Source: an uncultured Nitrososphaerota archaeon (lineage in GTDB: Archaea; Korarchaeota; Korarchaeia; Korarchaeales; Korarchaeaceae). From it: a stretch of DNA of 11,579 nt. Positions 6,186-11,579 of this stretch are shown piece by piece. Every line of letters starts with the position of its first letter. Within the stretch, counting starts at the first letter, position 1. The stretch is taken from the NCBI GenBank assembly GCA_964480775.1, contig CAYZRF010000037.1:1-11579 (forward strand), written 5' to 3'. Position numbers and translations under genes: made by a program. The notes below the pieces were generated by a model. The model ran no database searches. It saw only the letters and a list, made by a program, of their open reading frames with translations, and had not been told where the DNA came from.

Positions 6186-6947
6186 ATGCCCTGCAAAAGA
6201 TCCATTCTGCCTCTCTTAGCTCTTATTTCACTATCTATGCTATTGCCTTACGATATTGTATTGACCCACTCTAGTACTAGAAACCAGAGACAGGCAATAA
6301 AACCTCTCATTCCCCCAGGAAATCACTACGTGTACCTTGATCTTCAAATAATTTCAGAAGAGGAAGTCAGAGTCATATTAACCTTCAAGGCAAGGGATCA
6401 GTTCTCTTGGTTTCTAATATCATCCCAATACGCCAAACAAAGAGCAGATTTAGCATCAGACTTCGAAAAATTTATTGCTGATGTGCTCTGGGTTGATTCT
6501 ACGGCCATAAAAAGAAGAGGAATAGAGATAAACGTCGAAAACTGGAAAATCTGGCTTGTTGCCGATGTTGACCTTTCTAGTTCCACTGCAATTTCTAAAA
6601 AAGGTAGAGAAGTTCAGATCTGTATAAGAGATCCACTATATGAAGGAATGTATGAAGGTGCTACGGGATGGATTGATCAAATAAATGTAACCGTGGCTGA
6701 AGGATTGAGAATAATAGGTACTTCTCCCAGCGAAAGCATGGTTGATTTCAATGAAAATAGCGTTTTGTGGGTAGTTCCATCTATGGAGAGAGCCTCCCCA
6801 TCTTATTGTTTGAACATTAGGCTGAAAGGTTTTACATTTCCAAGCTGGACTTTGATAGTGATCTCCTTTGTTATTCTTGCATTGCTTTATTTATTCCTCT
6901 CCAAAAAGCTGAAAAGACAGCCTTCAGAACCATATCTTCCTCTCTAA
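6186..6947 (+). CDS. Secreted protein with a C-terminal TM anchor; unknown family
   Basis: 253-aa ORF with signal-like N-terminus MPCKRSILPLLALISLSMLLP. It has an extracytoplasmic domain of about 190 aa. The C-terminal helix WTLIVISFVILALLYLFL is followed by the basic tail SKKLKRQ. Confidence 0.7.
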   Translation: MPCKRSILPLLALISLSMLLPYDIVLTHSSTRNQRQAIKPLIPPGNHYVYLDLQIISEEEVRVILTFKARDQFSWFLISSQYAKQRADLASDFEKFIADVLWVDSTAIKRRGIEINVENWKIWLVADVDLSSSTAISKKGREVQICIRDPLYEGMYEGATGWIDQINVTVAEGLRIIGTSPSESMVDFNENSVLWVVPSMERASPSYCLNIRLKGFTFPSWTLIVISFVILALLYLFLSKKLKRQPSEPYLPL

Positions 6948-7022
6948 TCAGAGAGATATTTCGATCAAGAACAGATCATTTCATTATGGTTTCTTATTTA
7001 TAGGAAAGCGTATGAGGATAAG

Positions 7023-7034
7023 ATAAAATATAAG
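7023..7034 (+). promoter_or_regulatory. Candidate TATA box (ataaaatataag) for the 7056/7077 gene
   Basis: This AT-rich box is centred about 27 nt upstream of the GTG at 7056. A GAGG motif (7067-7070) lies 6 nt upstream of the ATG at 7077. Confidence 0.3.
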
Positions 7035-7076
7035 ATCTGATATTAACTTATTTGAGTGAATGAGCCGAGGGCTGTC

Positions 7077-7655
7077 ATGAGAATGTTCCTCCTCCGAAAA
7101 GGTCGCCTATCTATAGGCCTTGTTATTCTCTTTCTCTCTGGATTGCTACTAGGGTTATTGTTCCCTCACGTACAGAGGAATTTGATGGAAAAGAGGATAT
7201 TTCCTCACGAGAATGCTCCTTGTTCTGAATCAAATCTCGCAATGAAAATTGAGTTTCAGGGTCCAAACTTCTCGTCAAACAGCAGGCCAAGAGTATATCT
7301 CTTCATTTTTCCAATGATGTTACAAAGTGGGGAATGGGTGAAAGTATCTGGAGTTATAATCCCTAAGGTTAGGGATGTCAAAGTCAAGTTGACGTATATT
7401 AGTCCAAGAGGTGAGATAATAGTAAGATATGCGAGTACATCTGGAGGAGGAAGGTTTGCGGACCTTTTTCATCCCAAGAATGTTGGTAAATGGAAGGTTA
7501 TGGCTAGTTGGGAAGGTAGCTCATCAACATATGTCAACAGCGAAGTTTTGAAATTTACAGTAAAGAGACCTACTTTGCTTTTTTATGGTTTATTGGCTTC
7601 TCTTGTTTTCTTAATCTCCGTAGCTATGTATTTGAGCTTCCTTCTGTTTATTTAG
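7077..7655 (+). CDS. Bitopic/double-anchored membrane protein with a predicted beta-sandwich (prealbumin/Ig-like) ectodomain; unknown family
   Basis: The ORF is open from the GTG at 7056, but I prefer the ATG at 7077 (MRMFLLRKGRLSIGLVILFLSGLLLGLLF). The central strand-rich segment is WVKVSGVIIPKVRDVKVKLTYISPRGEIIVRYASTSGGGRFADLFHPKNVGKWKVMASWEG. The C-terminal helix is LLFYGLLASLVFLISVAMYLSFLLFI. Confidence 0.65.
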   Translation: MRMFLLRKGRLSIGLVILFLSGLLLGLLFPHVQRNLMEKRIFPHENAPCSESNLAMKIEFQGPNFSSNSRPRVYLFIFPMMLQSGEWVKVSGVIIPKVRDVKVKLTYISPRGEIIVRYASTSGGGRFADLFHPKNVGKWKVMASWEGSSSTYVNSEVLKFTVKRPTLLFYGLLASLVFLISVAMYLSFLLFI

Positions 7656-7670
7656 CTCCTTGATTAAGGA

Positions 7671-7676
7671 TTTTTT
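7671..7676 (+). terminator. Oligo-T (T6) tract, candidate archaeal terminator
   Basis: The tract tttttt lies 16 nt after the TAG at 7653-7655 and directly abuts the convergent cysS stop at 7680. Confidence 0.3.
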
Positions 7677-7679
7677 ATG

Positions 7680-9113
7680 CTACCCGATTTTCCATCTTGG
7701 TCCTTCAGGTGTGTCTTGCAGCTCTACTCCTATTTTTCTTAGTTCTTCCCTAATTTTATCAGAAATTTCGTAAAGCTTTTTCTTCCGTAATTCTTCCCTT
7801 ATATCTACGATTATTCGAACAAGACTCTCGACAAATTCTACTTCAGTTGTTGTCCTACGCTTTTCTTCGAGTATACCAAGAGTAGATCCCAACTCTCTAT
7901 AGATTCCTAGAACTTTTTCTTTTACCTCTTTATTTACGGAACCATGCTCGGAAGCGAATCTGTTCATCTCTTTCGCCATCTCAAACAAAGCAGCAATTGC
8001 TTTGGGAGTATTGAAATCATCGTCCATTGAGTTCTCGAACTCTTTCTTATCTTCTTCAATCCTTTGTAGAAGCTCTTCTTCTTCTGGCATCAATTCTTCC
8101 CTATCTTTTAAGTCGGCAAAGTTATCCATTGCATTGTAAAGCCTCTCTAGTCTTTCTTTTGCAAGTTCTAAGTCATCCCATGAGAAGTCAAGGGGTTTTC
8201 TATAATGTGTTGAGGCTAAGTATAGGCGCACAACCTCTGGTTCATACCTGCTTAGGACTTCTCTTATTGTAACTACGTTTCCTATTGATTTCGACATTTT
8301 CTCTGCCTTCATGTTCATCACACCAACATGGATCCAGTACTTCACGTAAGGCTTCTTACCCGTCAACGCCTCTGCCTGTGCTATCTCGTTAGTATGATGG
8401 GGGAAGATAAGCTCTGTTGCACCTCCGTGCACGTCAAACTGAGGACCAAAATGTGTTATGGCCATAGCAGTATCTTCAATGTGCCACCCCGGCCTTCCTG
8501 ACCCCCAAGGAGAAGGCCAAGAAGGTTCTCCAGGCTTTGCGGCCTTCCACAGAGCAAAATCCAAAGGACTCTTCTTTCTTGGGTCTGGTTCTATCCTATG
8601 TTTCTTCAGTTCCTCTAATTTCATTCCAGATAGCTTTGTATAATCTTTAAACTTTGGAACGTTGAAGTAAACTGTCCCATCATCCACGACATATGCGTAT
8701 CCTTTGTTTATCAATTCTTGAATCTGTTCTATTATCTCCGGAATGTAATCAGAGGATTTGGGATATAAGTTAACATTTTGCTTCACTTTTAAAGCTTCCA
8801 TGTCCTCAAAGAATCTCTTAGCATAAAATTCAACGAGCTCTTGCCAATTTATTCCTCTCTCATTGGCCTTCCTTATGATCTTGTCTTCAATATCCGTTAT
8901 GTTCTGGATGTAGAAGACTGAGTACTTTCTATACCTTAGCCACCTGACAATGATGTCGTAGTCCACGTAATTCTTTGCATGTCCCATGTGTGCGTCATCG
9001 TAGGGAGTTTGCCCGCAAACGTACATATAGACCCTGTTTCCGTGAATGGGCTCGAAAACTTCCTTTCTTCTAGTCAGGGTATTATAGACCAGAATTTTGG
9101 GCCTTTTGGTCAT
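7680..9113 (-). CDS. cysS: Cysteinyl-tRNA synthetase
   Basis: Class I motifs are present: HMGHAKNY (HIGH) and KMSKS (AEKMSKSIGN). The N-terminus VYNTLTRRKEVFEP...YVCGQTPYD carries the Zn-site Cys. WPSPWG-GRPGWHIEDTAM and the C-terminal SDKIREELRKIGVELQDTPEGPRWK are typical CysRS blocks. I prefer the ATG at 9113. The longest ORF starts at the GTG at 9137, which would be leaderless relative to the 9161-9169 box. Confidence 0.95.
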   Translation of the reverse strand: MTKRPKILVYNTLTRRKEVFEPIHGNRVYMYVCGQTPYDDAHMGHAKNYVDYDIIVRWLRYRKYSVFYIQNITDIEDKIIRKANERGINWQELVEFYAKRFFEDMEALKVKQNVNLYPKSSDYIPEIIEQIQELINKGYAYVVDDGTVYFNVPKFKDYTKLSGMKLEELKKHRIEPDPRKKSPLDFALWKAAKPGEPSWPSPWGSGRPGWHIEDTAMAITHFGPQFDVHGGATELIFPHHTNEIAQAEALTGKKPYVKYWIHVGVMNMKAEKMSKSIGNVVTIREVLSRYEPEVVRLYLASTHYRKPLDFSWDDLELAKERLERLYNAMDNFADLKDREELMPEEEELLQRIEEDKKEFENSMDDDFNTPKAIAALFEMAKEMNRFASEHGSVNKEVKEKVLGIYRELGSTLGILEEKRRTTTEVEFVESLVRIIVDIREELRKKKLYEISDKIREELRKIGVELQDTPEGPRWKIG

Positions 9114-9160
9114 TTCTCCGGACACAATAAGGACCACCGACTCGACAAGATACCAAGGAA

Positions 9161-9169
9161 TTAATAAAT
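9161..9169 (-). promoter_or_regulatory. Candidate TATA box (ATTTATTAA on the minus strand) for cysS
   Basis: The box is centred about 28 nt upstream of the GTG at 9137 and about 52 nt upstream of the ATG at 9113. Confidence 0.3.
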
Positions 9170-9191
9170 CATACTGTTCAACCTAGATCCC

Positions 9192-9507
9192 CTAAGGGCT
9201 GAAAATAGCCCCAAAGATTACGAGAAGGAGGGCTGTTAGCATAATGAGAAGGTAAAAGAAGTATTTTGGTAATGCTTCGCCTTTTTCTCGCATCCTTTTC
9301 TCTTCTTCTGCGTACTTAGGTCCCAAAGCCAAGGAATCTATATACCTGTTTACAGCCCTATATCCTCCTGCCGACATTGCAGCTAAGAAGAGGATAACCC
9401 CCGATGAACATGGCGATATCTGGGAAGATGTAGGAAAATACGATGACGCCGAGGAACAAACAAAATGATATGCCGATAAGCTTCGGGATGAACTGACGTG
9501 AGCCCAT
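9192..9507 (-). pseudogene. Small (about 105-aa) three-TM membrane protein split by a +1 frame disruption at a C5/G5 run
   Basis: An untracked 49-aa ORF (9358-9507) reads MGSRQFIPKLIGISFCLFLGVIVFSYIFPDIAMFIGGYPLLSCNVGRRI*. It overlaps the 61-aa ORF at 9192-9377. The 61-aa frame is open up to 9506 and reads hydrophobically (GVILFLAAMSAGG) just downstream of ccccc at 9398-9402. Removing one base there fuses the two into TM1-TM2-loop-TM3. Confidence 0.4.
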
Positions 9508-9677
9508 TAACATGAAAACCCAAATTGGGCAAATAGATCATAACTATTCAATATTGCAGTCTAATCAGATCCTAAATTATACTCGGGTAGTATCTTTCCT
9601 GGATGCTTGATACTTGCAATAGACTAAGAATGGTAAACAAAGCTCACTAATCTATTCCTCAGAGTTTTGTGATATTG

Positions 9678-10762
9678 CTAACCAGCTTTTTGTTTGGAAA
9701 CCTCCCATTCTTTGAAGGCTTCGTACATCTCGGGGAGAGTTTTCCACTCAACTTTTCCGGTTTCCATATATGGCTGTATTGCTTCTAACCATTTTTCTAA
9801 CAGATTTTCATTGATATCTGGCGCTCCTATGCTCCAGCCAATGCAGAATATGTTTACTGCATCTGCTTCTGCGTAAGATACTGCTTCCTCAAGCAAGTCA
9901 ATATATGCATCTATATCCTCTTCTGTAAACTTGTCTGTAGCACCAATTCCTAAGTTTCTTTCCATCTCCTCTTTCATGCCTTTTAGAACCCCGCTTGCAG
10001 GCAATATCACCAACTTTCCATTTGGATCTTTTTCGAGCCAGTTACTAGCGGTATTAGTTCTCCAAGGATGCATTCTGTCTCTTTGTTCCACAGGAAAAGT
10101 ACCATGGCAGGCTGCTGGGTTAGGACAGTTCTTATACTCCGCGGTCTTAGGATTCAGGCATCGACATCACACAATATGCAACCGTTCCTGTTGTAAATTC
10201 ATAATCAGCATCTATTGCTGCTTTTACCCAATCCAAAGTCGAACAGATCCCGGAAACATGTCTAACATCAATTCCTGTTAAAGATTCAATGGTTCTTTTC
10301 ATTTCGGCAAGTTTGGAGGTAAAACTTGCTTGAGTAAGGTCTTCTTTCTCAACTGATCCACCAACATCGGCGTGCACTCCAATGCCATGACCCTTCTCGT
10401 ATAATTCCTTTAGAACATTATCATTCCACCGTTTACAACCTTCTACAAATTCAGGTCTTGCTTCGAAGGTTCCTTTTGCGCCATACTTCTCCAGTATCTC
10501 TGCAAATCTTCTCACAGCATCAGCGTGCTTCTTAAATGCTTGCTTGTTCATTTTCAACTTCCCCGTCCAACCCTTCGAGATGAACCATAATTCCTATGTA
10601 GAGGACTTTTTGTTTCTTGGGAGGTGGTGTTGGGGAAAATGTTAGCTTAGGTTTCTTCTTGGGCTGATACATATGATATCCAATTGCTAAGATTCCTATG
10701 ATCAGAAAAACCAACGAGATCATGATAGCCTTTTTATCACCATTTGCTCCCAAATTTGTCAT
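9678..10762 (-). pseudogene. Membrane-anchored hydrolase-like gene (possible polysaccharide-deacetylase/(beta/alpha)7-barrel fold) broken into three frames by two +1 disruptions
   Basis: The three fragments are 10762-10532 (signal anchor, Pro/Lys linker, IGIMVHLEG), 10557-10147 (with GHGIGVHADVGG) and 10166/10091-9678. Each downstream frame is already open before the upstream frame stops. Frame 2 reads ...GWTGKLKMNKQAF and frame 3 reads ...LNPKTAEYKNCPNPAACHGTFPVEQRD. The functional call rests only on the GH-x-IG-x-H-like motif. Confidence 0.6.
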
Positions 10763-10798
10763 ATTTCAAAGAGATAGCGTGTAAATTCCGCAAAAAAT

Positions 10799-10809
10799 GG
10801 TTATATAGC
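10799..10809 (-). promoter_or_regulatory. Candidate TATA box (GCTATATAACC on the minus strand) for the 10762 gene
   Basis: The TATATAA core lies about 42 nt upstream of the ATG at 10762, implying a leader of about 15 nt. Confidence 0.3.
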
Positions 10810-10910
10810 TTTTTTCTCACATGTTTTCTTGTTCTAGCGTAAAAAGCTGGTTTTATTTGGTTGAACTGCATATAACCGTTGTGAATTTAGAAATTAAGAG
10901 CTTTCCTCAC

Positions 10911-10915
10911 AAAAA
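10911..10915 (-). terminator. Oligo-T (T5 on the minus strand), candidate terminator after the metE-like gene
   Basis: The tract aaaaa on the plus strand lies about 65 nt downstream of the TAA at 10980-10982. This is weak evidence. Confidence 0.2.
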
Positions 10916-10979
10916 GGACGAGATAATCTAATTGAGGAGAAAGAGGTATAGAGAACTAGTATCTAACGGACGGGTTTTG

Positions 10980-11579
10980 TTACTTGCAAGACAAAGACTT
11001 ATTTACTTTCTGAACAGCTTCGGATACACGTCTTAAACATTCAATGGCGCACTCATAGCTTGGAAATGATCTTAAACCGCACTCAGGGCCAGCGTATTTG
11101 ACTATCTCGCTTCCAAATAAGCTTATTGCTTTTGTAAGTCTATTGATAAGGATGTTTATGCCTTCAAGAAATTGAATGGGATCTATCTTTGACCTCTGAA
11201 TTCCTCTCCAAACCTTGCTTATCCTTTCCTCTAAAGACTCTCCACTTTCAAGTAGACATTCCAAACGTCTCCTAATGAGCATATCAAAATCTGTGCAGGC
11301 TATGCTGGCCTTTAGGAACATATCTTTCTCCTCGAGCAAAGATTTAACCCTTGTAGAGTCATAAATAGGGTCTCCTACATGGGATTCGATTATATCGAGG
11401 GATTCCAAGTCCCAAAAGATCTTATTCGATGTGCTGTGAAGATGAATGCAAGTTATGGCGCCTCGTGACTTACAATTCGAGAAGATTTCCTCCCATGCCT
11501 TCAGGAGTACATCCCTTGTTATAGAGCCATAGTCCAGCAAAGAATCGTCTATCAGGCCAAGGACAGGCTCGTCCATTGA
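10980..11579 (-). CDS. metE: Cobalamin-independent methionine synthase-like protein (MetE catalytic-domain/UROD-like fold), N-terminus outside the window
   Basis: The frame stays open to the window edge. MDEPVLGL matches the family (I/V)DEPAL block. AGPECGLRS matches the C-terminal P-x-CGL zinc-ligand block, and SLDIIES fits the Glu-ligand strand. The ATG at 11576 is probably internal. Confidence 0.75.
   Translation of the reverse strand, partial: SMDEPVLGLIDDSLLDYGSITRDVLLKAWEEIFSNCKSRGAITCIHLHSTSNKIFWDLESLDIIESHVGDPIYDSTRVKSLLEEKDMFLKASIACTDFDMLIRRRLECLLESGESLEERISKVWRGIQRSKIDPIQFLEGINILINRLTKAISLFGSEIVKYAGPECGLRSFPSYECAIECLRRVSEAVQKVNKSLSCK

Noticed and set aside
6179-6274. ATG at 6179 opening a 31-aa ORF, 7 nt before the 6186 start
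   Set aside because: It is in a different frame and terminates after 31 codons with no hydrophobic or signal features. The 6186 frame gives a 253-aa protein with a clear signal peptide.
5635-6586. Antisense ORFs 5635-5832 (+) and 6398-6586 (-)
   Set aside because: They are embedded in the DUF4129-like and 253-aa genes respectively. They are short, lack start context and have shadow-frame composition.
8027-9164. Plus-strand ORFs 8027-8272, 8458-8643 and 8979-9164, antisense to cysS
   Set aside because: cysS is unambiguous, with HIGH, KMSKS and the Zn-site Cys. These ORFs are antisense shadows.
9440-9497. Possible C/D-box sRNA (GATGAC at 9442-9447 ... CTGA at 9493-9496, about 58 nt apart)
   Set aside because: The C box is imperfect and there is no recognisable D' box (CUGA) before the ATGATA C'-like element. 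The flanks do not form a terminal stem. The region is better explained as coding sequence for the small membrane protein on the opposite strand.
9512-9610. 32-aa plus-strand ORF in the 170-bp intergenic region (MKTQIGQIDHNYSILQSNQILNYTRVVSFLDA)
   Set aside because: It has no Shine-Dalgarno or TATA context and a low-information sequence. An ORF of this length is expected by chance in AT-rich DNA.
9694-10281. Plus-strand ORFs 9694-9876 and 9931-10281
   Set aside because: They are antisense to the frameshifted hydrolase-like gene. The minus-strand fragments join into a coherent protein, whereas these do not.
10808-10848. Inverted repeat AGCTTTTT...AAAAAGCT, with an outer GGTTATAT/ATATAACC pair at 10799 and 10872, in the 217-bp intergenic region
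   Set aside because: The stems are AT-rich and weak, with loops of 25 nt or more. The elements overlap the likely TATA box of the 10762 gene. This is not distinguishable from chance without comparative data.
1-11579. Scan for CRISPR repeats, tRNA/rRNA genes, IS or transposase or integrase genes, toxin-antitoxin pairs and known defence genes
   Set aside because: I found no regularly spaced direct repeats. No T-loop/acceptor-like tRNA signature appears in the intergenic regions (9508-9677, 10763-10979, 6948-7055). No ORF carries recombinase, nuclease or defence hallmarks. The housekeeping genes cysS and metE point to core chromosome.

Overview
This looks like an ordinary chromosomal segment, most likely from a thermophile-like archaeon. 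The proteins are rich in Glu, Lys, Ile and Arg. AT-rich TATA-like boxes sit about 25-30 nt upstream of first-cistron start codons, and GGAGG-type Shine-Dalgarno motifs appear only before internal cistrons. All family calls rest on motif recognition by eye; no search was run.

Contents, left to right:
- The tail of an unidentified ORF.
- A secreted, C-terminally membrane-anchored 8-bladed PQQ/WD40-like beta-propeller protein (175-1359, +).
- A tightly packed minus-strand gene string (6131 down to 1379). It encodes a 4-TM DUF4129-type protein, a small 2-TM protein, a MoxR-family AAA+ ATPase, a DUF58 (vWA-like) protein, a polytopic membrane protein and a glycerophosphodiester phosphodiesterase.
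- Two plus-strand membrane-anchored extracytoplasmic proteins of unknown family (6186-6947, 7077-7655). The first diverges from the MoxR string across a 54-bp spacer centred on a palindromic ATTTAAAT box.
- Cysteinyl-tRNA synthetase (7680-9113, -).
- A 1.6-kb stretch with three +1 frame disruptions. It holds a small 3-TM protein split at a C5 run and a deacetylase-fold-like gene broken into three pieces.
- The C-terminal two thirds of a cobalamin-independent methionine-synthase-like (MetE catalytic-domain) gene, which runs off the right edge.

I saw no tRNA or rRNA gene, CRISPR array, transposase, integrase or recognisable defence gene. The most interesting candidate is the MoxR-DUF58-DUF4129 membrane module. 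It includes two unclassifiable membrane subunits and is flanked by surface-anchored proteins.
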